Below are positions 51,101 to 58,875 of a stretch of DNA of 64,000 nucleotides, piece by piece (positions within the stretch are counted from its first letter, which is position 1; each line of letters opens with the position of its first letter). The stretch covers positions 5,420 to 69,419 of the forward strand of contig CAWJCP010000010.1 of NCBI GenBank assembly GCA_963841445.1, given 5' to 3'. Source of the stretch: an uncultured Solirubrobacterales bacterium (lineage in GTDB: Bacteria; Actinomycetota; Thermoleophilia; Solirubrobacterales; 70-9). A model generated the notes under the pieces. The model ran no database searches. It had not been told where the DNA came from and saw nothing but the letters and a program-made list of their open reading frames with translations. The position numbers and the translations under genes were made by a program.

Positions 51101-54100
51101 AGCGACTGGTTGTCGTTGGCGATCTCGACCGTGCCGTGGTCGGGCTGGGTGGCGGAGGCGATCGCAAGCGGGCCGCCGTCGGCGTTTTGGTCGTTGGCGA
51201 GCACGTCGATCGGGCTCGCGTCGGAGTCCTCGGCGAGGCTTGCCTGGTCGTTGACGGCGCTGGGCGGGTCATCGACGCAGGCAACGCTGACCGCGACCGT
51301 GGCCTGCGAGCCGCCGTTTAGCTTGTAGGTGAAGTCGTCGCTGGGCTCGCCGTCGTTGCAGTAGTCGGGGTCAGGCTTGTAGGTCAGCGACTGGTTGTCG
51401 TTGGCGATCTCGACCGTGCCGTGGTCGGGCTGGGTGGCGGAGGCGATCGCAAGCGGGCCGCCGTCGGCGTTTTGGTCGTTGGCGAGCACGTCGATCGGGC
51501 TCGCGTCGGAGTCCTCGGCGAGGCTTGCCTGGTCGTTGACGGCGCTGGGCGGGTCATCGACGTGCGGCGAGTAGACGATCGACACCTCGCCCAGGCTCGG
51601 GGTCAGATCCGTGTTGGCGGAGCTCAGCTCGGCCCGGTACTGCAGATACCGGGAGCTGCCCGGGATGTCGCCGCCGGAGCTCCCGATCGGGGTGAAGTCG
51701 CTCCATGTCCCGTCCGGCGACGGCGTGTCGCCGGTGCGGACGCTGAGCGCCACGCCGGTCGCGCCCGGTGTCTCGGCGTTCCAGGTCAGCCCACCCCAGT
51801 CGGCGACCGCGCCGGCATCGAAGATGCGCGACTCGAAGCTGCCCGAGCCCGGATAGGGGCTCATCCGCAGCCAGTCGACCGCGACTTCTGGACCGCCAGC
51901 GTTGAAGTCGCTGGCCGCCGGATGCAGCTCCTGGCCGAAGGTCCCGTTACGGGCGTCGACCTGAGTGCCGTCGATGAAATACGTCACTCCCGTGGCGGTC
52001 CAATCGATCCGGTAGCGGTGCGGCGCGCCGAGGAAGGAGCCCGGGATCGGGATCGAGCTCTCACCGCCGCCGAAGTTCGTGCGGGCATAGAGCTGGTTGG
52101 TCGTATTGGAGGTGCTGAACATCGCCCAGAGGCCGACGTTGTTGAAGTCGACTCCGAAACCGACGTGCTGGAAGCTCGTGGCGCCGAAAGTAGCCACGAA
52201 CTCGAGCGAGTGCCCCGGTCCGAACGTCGCGTCGGGCGCGGCGAAGGCGCCATCGACGTGCAAGCTGCCGCCGGAGACCGCCGCCGCGCCGCCGGGGCCG
52301 CCTCCGTCACCCGCCCAGTCGTGGCTCGACCAGCCGCTCGGCAACTCGCTGCCCGAGAACTCCTCGCCCACTGCAGGCTTAAGAATCACTTCGCCGTTGG
52401 CGGTCTCAGAGACGTAGGTGCCGGCGCCGGGGGTGCCGGCGCCGAAGTCGGCCACGGTGGTATCGGTGAAGCCGAGAACCTGCGCCGCGGTGGTGAAGGA
52501 CCAGCTGTCGTCGGCGCCGAGCGGGTTGCCGTTGGAGTCCCCGACCGCTCCGTCGACGGTCACGTCGTAAGACGTGCTCGGATCGAGATCGGCATCGGGA
52601 TCGAGCGTTGCCGTGTTGCCTGCGTAGCTGACGCTTGCCGCCACATCGCTACCGGCCCCCTGCTTGCGCAGGCGGACGCTGGAGCCGTCGATCGTCGCGG
52701 GATCCATCGGCTCGCTGAACTGGACCTCGACATCTGTGTCAACGGCAACGTCGGTGGCGTCGGGGGCCGGGCTTCGCTGGGTAATCGTCGGTGGCTCTGT
52801 ATCGGCGCCCTGGTTGTAGCCGATCGTGACCTCGGTCAGGGCCGGGGTGCTGCCCGCATCGCTCGAGCTCAGCTGGGCCCGGTACTGGACATAGCGAGAG
52901 TTGCCGGGGATGTCGTCGCCCGAGCTCGCGATCGGGGCAAAGCTGCTCCAGCTCGCGTCGGGGGTGGGGGTGTTGCCGGTGCGAACGCTCATTGCCACGC
53001 CGGCGCCGCTGGGGATCTCTGCGTTCCAGCTGAGCGCACCCCAGTCGGCGCTCTGGCCGGCGTCAAAGACGCGCGACTCGAAGCTGCCAGCGGCTGGGTA
53101 GGGGCTCACCCGCATCCAATCGAGCGAGAGCTCGGGGCCACCGGCCGTGAAGTCGCTGGCCGCCGCGTTGAGGCTGGGGCCAAAGCTCGCGCTGTGGGTG
53201 GCCACCAGGCCGCCGTCGATGAAGTAGCGGACCTCGCTCGCATCCCATTCGATCCGGTAGCGGTGCGCGGAGCCGACGTACTGTCCCGGTGCCCCGACCG
53301 GCGTGTCCTGGATGGCGCCATCGTTGGTGCTGGCATAAAGCTGATTTGTGCTTTGGCGGGTGCTGAACATCGCCCAGACGCTGTTGAAGTTGTCGGTGAA
53401 GGCAACGTGCTGGAAGGTGGAGGCGCCGAAAGTCGCCGCGAACTCCAGCGAGCGGCCTGCTCCGTAGGTCGCCGTCGTGCCGGCGTAGGCGCCATCTACG
53501 TGCAGGGCGCCGCCCGAGACGGTGGCGCTGCCCCCGGATCCTCCGCCCTGGGACTCCCAGGTGTCGCTCGCCCAGCCGATCGGCAACGAGGGGCCCGCGA
53601 ACTCCGCACCTTCGGTCGGTTGCAGGGTCACCTCGCCGTCTTCGGTCTCAGAGATGTAGGTGTCGGGACCGGTGCTGCCGGCGCCGAAGTCGGCGACGGT
53701 GGTGTCGGTGAAGCTGGAGCTGGGCGTTGTGAAGGTCCTCGGGATCTGGGGCGGCGCCGGATCGGTGGACGCGTTGCCGACGGCGTCAGCCGACCGCACG
53801 CGGAAGTGGTAAGTCGTGTTCGGCTGCAGGCCGGTCAGCTGGATGCTGTGCGAGACCGTCAGTGCTGCGTCGGTCGCACTCGAGCCGAGCGCGTCGGGAT
53901 CGGTTCCGTAGTCGACCTGCGAGTCCGATGCCTCGTTGGTGTCCCAGCTGATCGTGGCGTTGCCGTCCCCTGCCGCGCTGGCCACGACGTTGGAGATCGC
54001 GGGCGGCGAGTCGTCAACGGCATAGCTCGCCTCGTAGCTGCCCGGCAGAGCGTCGAAGAACGCGTACTCAACCCCCTTGATGGTCTGCGTCGCGGTGGTG

Positions 54101-57100
54101 ATCGGCGTGCCGTTGCGCTCGACACCGGTCAGCGTCCCGACCGACGAGCTGGTCGGAACCATCGCCTGCAGGCCATTGGCCCCGGCGCCGACGTCGATGG
54201 TGAAGCCGAGCTTGTTGCCGGCCCAGGACAGAGACCCGAACGAGGAGCCGTTGCGGCCGTCGAGCCACTCGAGCATCTGCCGCCCCGAGACGATCGGCAC
54301 GCCGCGGGCCTGGGCGGAGGCGACGATCGCATCCGACCCGGATGAGCTGGCGCTGTCGGTGTGCATGTTGGCGGTGAAGACGCCGTAGTAACCCTCGGGA
54401 CCGAGCGCCTTGTCGAGCAGCGCGTCGATGTTGAGCGGGTAACTCTGCCCGGACTCGTCGGTCATCTGAGTGGCCGCCTGGTAGACGTCGATCATCGTGC
54501 CATCGAGGTCGGCGAAGCGCATCGGCATACCGGAGCCGGTGAACATGCCGGGGCGGTCCTGGACCCATCCCGGCGGCCAGTAGTAGTAGTTGGTGTCGAG
54601 GCGGATGCCGTGGTCGAGCTCGACCTTCGGCTGGCTCGCCCAATCGCTCCAGGCGATGCAGTGGGTGCGGCTGGTGGACGGTGGCGGAACGCTCGCGTAC
54701 TTGGTCGCGAAGTCGAAGAGCATGCCGGCGAAGTCCGCCTCCAGCGAGGAGGGCGTGAAGTTGCCGCAGCCGGGCCCCGGATGGATCCCGATCTCGAAGC
54801 CGTCCGCGGTATAGCCAGCGGCCTGAGCGTCGGTCAGGGGCGTGCTCGGGTAGATGTAGGAGCTGCTGCGCACGCACTCCCAGTCGGCAACCGAGCAGCC
54901 GGGCGGGCTCAAGGCCTTGTACTGATCGAAGCGGCCGGCCGTGCCGCCGTTCCCGTGGTCGTCGCCGGTCATCACCACCGCGGCCTTCTTGCCGCGGGGC
55001 AGGAACCAGAAGCGGGGCAGCGGCTTGCGGTCGGCGTTCATCTGCTCGATCAGATTCGTCAGCAGCCGCTGCTGCTCGTCGGCCTGCGGGATCGCAACCT
55101 TGTTCAGGTCGACCCAGTCCGGCTGGGGATCGGACGAGGCCGCGCCGAAGAAGAGGTCGTCGGAGCGGATCGGCCCGCTCTCGCCGTCTCGCTCCTGCCC
55201 GGCCCAGGCCGGATTGCCCTGGCGCGTATAGACAACCGAGCGGGCGAGGTCGTAGGTGAAGGCGGCGGCCTGGCCACCGTTCGGGCCTACGTTGCGCAGC
55301 GTCACCGCCGGGTTCGAGGTCGCCGTGCTCGCATCGGAATAAAGACTGGCGACCGTCTCGGCGCTGCTCGTCGCGTAGCGGTCGGCGACGCCGTGGAACT
55401 GGATCGTCTGGCCGACGATGCCCTCGCCCGGGGCCGAACCGGTGTCCACCCGTAGGTAGGCGTTGGCGAGCGTGTCGGGGGTGTCGGTGAGGCCGAGCAG
55501 GCCGGCTAGCTGCGGGTCCGGGCGCATCGCGATCAGGTTGCCGCCCGCCTGCACCCAGTCGCTGAGCATCTGGACCTGGGCCGCCCCGAGCCCCACCTCG
55601 CCGAGGACGACGACGTCGTAGTCGTCGAGGACCGACGCGCTGACGTTGCCTAGGTCGGTGACGTTGAACTCATTCAGGCCCTCGGCGCGGAGGATCTCCG
55701 CGTAGTAGCGGCCGAACGGGTCCGAGGCGCCGGATACCACGAGGATCGGCCCGCCGGGGCCCTCGTCGGGCGGAGGCGGCGGCGGAGCGGCGGCGGTGAA
55801 CCCCCACGACGAGTCGTTCGCGAGGACGTTGCCGCTTGCGTCGGCGACTCCGCCCGCCCCGCCCTTGATCGTCGCTGTATACGCAGTGGAGCTCTGCAGC
55901 GGTGCGTCGGGGTCGAGCGTGGCGCGGCGATTTGACGGGTTGTAGGTGACCGTGGCGGGGACTAGGTCATTCGAGGCGTCGCGGAGCTGGAAAGTCCCGG
56001 CGTCGATCGTCGCCGCGTCCATCGGCTCGCTGAAGGTCGCGGTCACGTTCGTGCCGGTGGCAACTCCGGTTGCGTTGTTGGCCGGCGTGCGCGAGCTGAC
56101 CGTGGGCGGCGTCGTGTCGGGCCCGACGTCGGTCTCGAAGACGACGTCGACCCAGTAGTTGCTCGACCCGAAGGTGTCGGTCGGGAAGACTCCAGAAGGG
56201 CCGTAGTTGTAAACGCCGTTCGCGCCGTCCTCGCCGTCCTGAAGCGCCCGCAGCGGCACGCTGTCGACGCCGCTGTCGGCAAAGTAGCCGTTGCTGGCGG
56301 AGTAGTTGCCCTGGGGGGCGTGGTAGGAGGCCACGTAGGTAGTGCCGGCGCTGATCGGCACTGGCGATGTGAACGACACCTGCTGCCAGCCGGAGGCGGA
56401 CTCGCCACTGAAGGTTGCCTCGGCGAGCAGGTTCCCTGCGGCCGTCCAGAGATGGCCGACGTGGGCGCCGTCGTTGCCCGCCCCCTTGTAGAAGCGAAGC
56501 CCGGTGATGAATCCGTCCTGCTGGGAGCGGAACTTGACTCCGAGCTCTACCGCGCTGGGGTCGGCCTCGGCAGGCGCGCCTCCCGAATCGCCCCAGATCG
56601 AGCAGGGGCAGCTGCCAGCGATGACATCGACCGTGACGCCGCCTCCAGGCGACTCGAGATTTCCGCTGTCATCGACCGCCCGGCTCTTGATCGTGACGCT
56701 GCCGGTCGTGCCCGGCGTCCAGGAATAGGTCCAGTTGTCGCGACCCTCGGCCGGATGCCAGCTATTGCCACCGTCGACCGACACCTCGACTCCCCCGACC
56801 TGGCCCGCGCCTCCTCCCTCGCCCCCGCTGACATCGCTCGCGGTGCCGCTAATTGTCGTCTGATGGCCCGCTTCGATACTCGCGCCGTCCAGCGGCTCCT
56901 GGACCTGCGACGTGGGGGCGGTGGTGTCGTTGGAGGCGCTCGCCGCCACCAGACCGGCGTGGAGGGTATCGGGCTGAGCGCCCATGTCGGCGAGCAGGTT
57001 GACCGTTGCCTGCTGCATGCGGGGATCAGGCGTTGAGCCGCCCCGGTCGTGCTCTCCATCCAGCCCCCAGGACCACTGGATCGTGCCCGCCCCGAAGACC

Positions 57101-58566
57101 AGCGCCCCGCTGGGAGCGCGGTACTGGGTCAGGTGGTGGGTCGCAGTGCCGCTGCCGTAGGTCGACCCGTTGTCCTGGAGGACCTCGACCCCGTTGCGTG
57201 CCGTCGATGACAGGCGGGCCAGCCCGGCCGGACGCGCGCCGTTGTCGAGATCCTCGTCCCACTCGTATCCCAAGGTGTCGTCGGCGAGGGTGGCGGTGTC
57301 CCCCGGCGGCAGCGAGGCGATGCTGGTGTCACGCCAGAGGCGCATCTTGCCGTCGGCCGCCGGCACCTCGATCGCCGAGGTGCCCGAGTTGACCATGAAG
57401 ATGTTGCCGCTGAGCGAGTTCTCCGGGTTCGGTCCCTCGGGGTTGATCGGCCGCGGGTCGCGCCAGGTGCCGGTCCATGCCGAGGTCGGATCGATCTTGT
57501 CGTTGGCGTGGGTCTCCTTGTAGGAGACCAGCGTCCGGTGATCGGTCGCGGAGCCGTCGATGCTGTCCTCCCAGCGGGTCTTCCAGAAGATCTCGTTGCC
57601 GCTCAGGAAGGCGAGGTTGACGCCCGCGTCGCGGGCCGCGGTCACGTTGGCGCGCTGATCCCCGGACCAGTACTCGTCATGACCGACCGAGAGAAAGGCC
57701 TTGTGCTCGAGGATCTCGCTTCCGAACCGGTCGCTGTCGACGCCGGTGAAGTAGCTGACGTCATAGCCGTTGCGCTCCAGCCAGCGGATCATCGGGTACT
57801 CGGCGTTGAACGGCGAGTCCTCCGGCGTCGGGCCGCGGGTGGTGAAGGGGCGGTTGTAGCTGACCTTGAAGGCGCGGCCAGCCGGCGAACCGGTGTAGAG
57901 GCTGTTGCCGCCGTACTGGTTGTAGGCCTGCCAGGTGGTATCCGAGGTCTGGAACAGCAGATCGGACTGGCCGTCGTCGTCGCGAACGATGAAGAAGACA
58001 TGGCTTCCGCCCGTCGAGACGTCCTCGCGGACGAGCTTTGCGAAGTAGATGCCCGACGTCGCATCCGTCGGCACCGTCCATGACGCCGATTCGGCCCAGT
58101 TGCCGCAATCGACCAGCCCGGTGGCCGGGTCATCGAGACAGTCGGGCTGGTCCTGGGGCAGCACCGACGTCGGCTCCACGGTGTCGACCTTGCGTGCTCC
58201 GTCGCCGCCGTAGTAGCCCATGCGATAGATGTCGAGGTGATAGTCGACCGAGGTGTCGACCTTGAAGTGGACGGTCTGGCCCTGATCGACGCTGATGTCG
58301 GTGGCGAAGCCCTGGATCGCGGGATCGCCGGCGCCGTCCACGTCCCATTCGCTCGGCGGGTTGCCGGGCTTGGAGTTCTCGCAGACGATCGCGTTCTGGA
58401 TCGGCGGGTCGCAGGGGGCGGCGTCGGCCCGACCCGGAAACGCGCCGATCGCGGCGGCAGCGATCAACGTGGCCAGGAGAAGTTGGCGCCGCCGCCATCG
58501 GCAGCCTAAGACCGAAGCATCTTCCTGGCTTCGGGTTGAGCTGTGACTGGACTCGCAGAGCGCCAT
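48142..58566 (-). CDS. Giant secreted multidomain protein (~3,474 aa). Modules: dimethylformamidase-beta-like domain, DUF4082, Ig-like domains, deacetylase-like region, Fn3, 2x ConA/LamG-like, 7x 95-aa cadherin-like repeats, duplicated C-terminal module.
   Basis: Approximate nt map on the minus strand:
- signal peptide RRRQLLLATLIAAAAIGAFPGRADA (~58420-58500)
- DMFase-beta-like region CENSKPGNPPSEWD...YYGGDG...FLSVGHDEYWS...GYEWDED (~56950-58390)
- Ig-like domain (~56630-56940)
- DUF4082, VELGVKFRS...NYWVDVVF (~56135-56600)
- SbsA/Big_5-like Ig domain (~55810-56130)
- ~590-aa region with amidotransferase-like and polysaccharide-deacetylase-like features (~54060-55790)
- Fn3-like domain (~53760-54050)
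- ConA/LamG-like + beta-sandwich (~52810-53740)
- Big_5-like domain (~52480-52800)
- second ConA/LamG-like + beta-sandwich (~51565-52470)
- tandem repeats (49561-51555)
- C-terminal module X, two Ig-like domains and module X' (48145-49560)

The start is taken at ATG 58566. The track start at 58758 runs through AT-rich promoter-like DNA. Confidence 0.85.
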   Translation of the reverse strand: MALCESSHSSTRSQEDASVLGCRWRRRQLLLATLIAAAAIGAFPGRADAAPCDPPIQNAIVCENSKPGNPPSEWDVDGAGDPAIQGFATDISVDQGQTVHFKVDTSVDYHLDIYRMGYYGGDGARKVDTVEPTSVLPQDQPDCLDDPATGLVDCGNWAESASWTVPTDATSGIYFAKLVREDVSTGGSHVFFIVRDDDGQSDLLFQTSDTTWQAYNQYGGNSLYTGSPAGRAFKVSYNRPFTTRGPTPEDSPFNAEYPMIRWLERNGYDVSYFTGVDSDRFGSEILEHKAFLSVGHDEYWSGDQRANVTAARDAGVNLAFLSGNEIFWKTRWEDSIDGSATDHRTLVSYKETHANDKIDPTSAWTGTWRDPRPINPEGPNPENSLSGNIFMVNSGTSAIEVPAADGKMRLWRDTSIASLPPGDTATLADDTLGYEWDEDLDNGARPAGLARLSSTARNGVEVLQDNGSTYGSGTATHHLTQYRAPSGALVFGAGTIQWSWGLDGEHDRGGSTPDPRMQQATVNLLADMGAQPDTLHAGLVAASASNDTTAPTSQVQEPLDGASIEAGHQTTISGTASDVSGGEGGGAGQVGGVEVSVDGGNSWHPAEGRDNWTYSWTPGTTGSVTIKSRAVDDSGNLESPGGGVTVDVIAGSCPCSIWGDSGGAPAEADPSAVELGVKFRSQQDGFITGLRFYKGAGNDGAHVGHLWTAAGNLLAEATFSGESASGWQQVSFTSPVPISAGTTYVASYHAPQGNYSASNGYFADSGVDSVPLRALQDGEDGANGVYNYGPSGVFPTDTFGSSNYWVDVVFETDVGPDTTPPTVSSRTPANNATGVATGTNVTATFSEPMDAATIDAGTFQLRDASNDLVPATVTYNPSNRRATLDPDAPLQSSTAYTATIKGGAGGVADASGNVLANDSSWGFTAAAPPPPPPDEGPGGPILVVSGASDPFGRYYAEILRAEGLNEFNVTDLGNVSASVLDDYDVVVLGEVGLGAAQVQMLSDWVQAGGNLIAMRPDPQLAGLLGLTDTPDTLANAYLRVDTGSAPGEGIVGQTIQFHGVADRYATSSAETVASLYSDASTATSNPAVTLRNVGPNGGQAAAFTYDLARSVVYTRQGNPAWAGQERDGESGPIRSDDLFFGAASSDPQPDWVDLNKVAIPQADEQQRLLTNLIEQMNADRKPLPRFWFLPRGKKAAVVMTGDDHGNGGTAGRFDQYKALSPPGCSVADWECVRSSSYIYPSTPLTDAQAAGYTADGFEIGIHPGPGCGNFTPSSLEADFAGMLFDFATKYASVPPPSTSRTHCIAWSDWASQPKVELDHGIRLDTNYYYWPPGWVQDRPGMFTGSGMPMRFADLDGTMIDVYQAATQMTDESGQSYPLNIDALLDKALGPEGYYGVFTANMHTDSASSSGSDAIVASAQARGVPIVSGRQMLEWLDGRNGSSFGSLSWAGNKLGFTIDVGAGANGLQAMVPTSSSVGTLTGVERNGTPITTATQTIKGVEYAFFDALPGSYEASYAVDDSPPAISNVVASAAGDGNATISWDTNEASDSQVDYGTDPDALGSSATDAALTVSHSIQLTGLQPNTTYHFRVRSADAVGNASTDPAPPQIPRTFTTPSSSFTDTTVADFGAGSTGPDTYISETEDGEVTLQPTEGAEFAGPSLPIGWASDTWESQGGGSGGSATVSGGALHVDGAYAGTTATYGAGRSLEFAATFGASTFQHVAFTDNFNSVWAMFSTRQSTNQLYASTNDGAIQDTPVGAPGQYVGSAHRYRIEWDASEVRYFIDGGLVATHSASFGPSLNAAASDFTAGGPELSLDWMRVSPYPAAGSFESRVFDAGQSADWGALSWNAEIPSGAGVAMSVRTGNTPTPDASWSSFAPIASSGDDIPGNSRYVQYRAQLSSSDAGSTPALTEVTIGYNQGADTEPPTITQRSPAPDATDVAVDTDVEVQFSEPMDPATIDGSSVRLRKQGAGSDVAASVSYAGNTATLDPDADLDPSTSYDVTVDGAVGDSNGNPLGADDSWSFTTAAQVLGFTDTTVADFGAGTPGAGTYVSETANGEVILKPAVGEEFSGSELPSGWSSHDWAGDGGGPGGAAAVSGGSLHVDGAFAAPDATFGPGHSLEFVATFGATSFQHVGFGVDFNNVGLWAMFSTSNTTNQLYARTNFGGGESSIPIPGSFLGAPHRYRIDWTATGVTYFIDGTQVDARNGTFGQELHPAASDFNAGGPEVAVDWLRMSPYPGSGSFESRIFDAGAVADWGGLTWNAETPGATGVALSVRTGDTPSPDGTWSDFTPIGSSGGDIPGSSRYLQYRAELSSANTDLTPSLGEVSIVYSPHVDDPPSAVNDQASLAEDSDASPIDVLANDQNADGGPLAIASATQPDHGTVEIANDNQSLTYKPDPDYCNDGEPSDDFTYKLNGGSQATVAVSVACVDDPPSAVNDQASLAEDSDASPIDVLANDQNADGGPLAIASATQPDHGTVEIANDNQSLTYKPDPDYCNDGEPSDDFTYKLNGGSQATVAVSVACVDDPPSAVNDQASLAEDSDASPIDVLANDQNADGGPLAIASATQPDHGTVEIANDNQSLTYKPDPDYCNDGEPSDDFTYKLNGGSQATVAVSVACVDDPPSAVNDQASLAEDSDASPIDVLANDQNADGGPLAIASATQPDHGTVEIANDNQSLTYKPDPDYCNDGEPSDDFTYKLNGGSQATVAVSVACVDDPPSAVNDQASLAEDSDASPIDVLANDQNADGGPLAIASATQPDHGTVEIANDNQSLTYKPDPDYCNDGEPSDDFTYKLNGGSQATVAVSVACVDDPPSAVNDQASLAEDSDASPIDVLANDQNADGGPLAIASATQPDHGTVEIANDNQSLTYKPDPDYCNDGEPSDDFTYKLNGGSQATVAVSVACVDDPPSAVNDQASLAEDSDASPIDVLANDQNADGGPLAIASATQPDHGTVEIANDNQSLTYKPDPDYCNDGEPSDDFTYKLNGGSQATVAVSVDCVDLQGRISARGTVSTAQGTAIAFSAGNDCDAAQSTGPNAIATTGGAVIWSKSTVTQSSCSAPRSPLGFDSQTGTATGSFGQAAPGGRNGQQGTLEWTYFDGSPDTVQFTLRDSSNAVVYQAQEQTPGAYRGAAGGVWTFAFRPHITGTDPDSPANDNHPKVKGWVPAGDAAEAKIYTNSTCSGPPAASGTMAQFTGGIAVPVPDDATTTLAAKVSKANGTVSPCSAPFSYTEDSTPPPAPQITGTDPDSPANNNHPKVKGEAAADTTIRIYKATTVDDCTPDNLLTTGTQSDFASPGLTIEVADNSTTYLRASAADAAGNTSICSARLSYLEESQGRISARGTVSTAQGTAIVFSATNDCDAAGSTRPIVVATTGGAVIWSKSTVTESSCSDQPPSSPLGFDSQTGTATGSFGQAAPGGRNGQQGTLEWTYFDGSPDTVQFTLRDSSNAVVYQAQEQTPGAYRGAAGGVWTYGP
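48153..49560 (-). repeat. In-frame duplication of the ~135-aa C-terminal module at a 999-nt offset (48153-48568 versus 49152-49560)
   Basis: 48153-48375 matches 49152-49374 with only two mismatches that I can find (48241, 48307). The remainder of the module is clearly diverged, including a small indel. The two copies flank two Ig-like domains (ITGTDPDSPAN(D/N)NHPKVKG...). Confidence 0.85.
49561..51562 (-). repeat. Seven head-to-tail copies of a 285-bp (95-codon) unit, essentially identical at nucleotide level
   Basis: Identical shadow ORFs recur exactly 285 nt apart: 49674/49959/50244/50529/50814/51099 on the minus strand, and 49685...51110 and 49711...51421 on the plus strand. Direct reading found one difference (49571 t, versus g in the other copies). 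The unit is VDDPPSAVNDQASLAEDSDASPIDVLANDQNADGGPLAIASATQPDHGTVEIANDNQSLTYKPDPDYCNDGEPSDDFTYKLNGGSQATVAVSVAC. Confidence 0.95.
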
Positions 58567-58684
58567 TCGGTCTGGCCAGACCGGCCCGTCCATGGCCACC
58601 GATGCAGCTTGGACGAGAGGCCCAGACCCCGCCCGCGTTTGTATTCGCAGCCTGTTTGGGCCTTGTTCCGGCCCGATTAGATAC

Positions 58685-58715
58685 GAATTTAGGGGGAATT
58701 TGCGGTAACCGGTTA
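58685..58715. promoter_or_regulatory. Direct repeat GAATTT-N5-GAATTT (11-nt register) followed by the perfect 10-bp palindrome TAACCGGTTA, in the divergent control region
   Basis: GAATTT lies at 58685-58690 and 58696-58701, and TAACCGGTTA at 58706-58715. TGCGG(T/A) also recurs at 58701, 58724 and 58786. The region is conspicuously AT-rich for this genome. Confidence 0.3.
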
Positions 58716-58751
58716 TTCGAAAATGCGGATTTTCTGCTAGTGGAATGCCCC

Positions 58752-58780
58752 TTGGCACGACTCGCCGTTAGCTCTACAAT
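58752..58780 (+). promoter_or_regulatory. Sigma-70-like promoter TTGGCA-N17-TACAAT for the PAS/SARP regulator gene
   Basis: TTGGCA (58752-58757), a 17-nt spacer and TACAAT (58775-58780), about 95 nt upstream of the 58876 start. Confidence 0.4.
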
Positions 58781-58875
58781 GCGACTGCGGTAATCGTTCG
58801 AGGGGGCAATCACCGACAGGAGTCACTCCGGACGGGCAGCGGGGAAGGCGATCGGCCAGCCTTGCTTCTCCCCGA

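Noticed and set aside
49561-51562. Could the perfectly repeated 285-bp units be a CRISPR array or a satellite?
   Set aside because: The units are contiguous with no spacers. They are far longer than CRISPR repeats and lie in frame within a long ORF that encodes a coherent 95-aa domain. No cas genes are present.
51421-54345. 974-aa plus-strand ORF antisense to the giant gene (also 54361-55455, and the periodic 61/72-aa ORFs between 49674 and 51328)
   Set aside because: These are shadow frames of the giant minus-strand gene. Their periodicity simply mirrors the 285-bp coding repeat.
58567-58758. N-terminal 64-aa extension of the giant ORF (track start at 58758)
   Set aside because: This stretch is AT-rich, has poor codon bias and no signal-peptide character. 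It overlaps the predicted promoter of the divergent regulator. The signal peptide follows ATG 58566 (ATG 58593 is an alternative).
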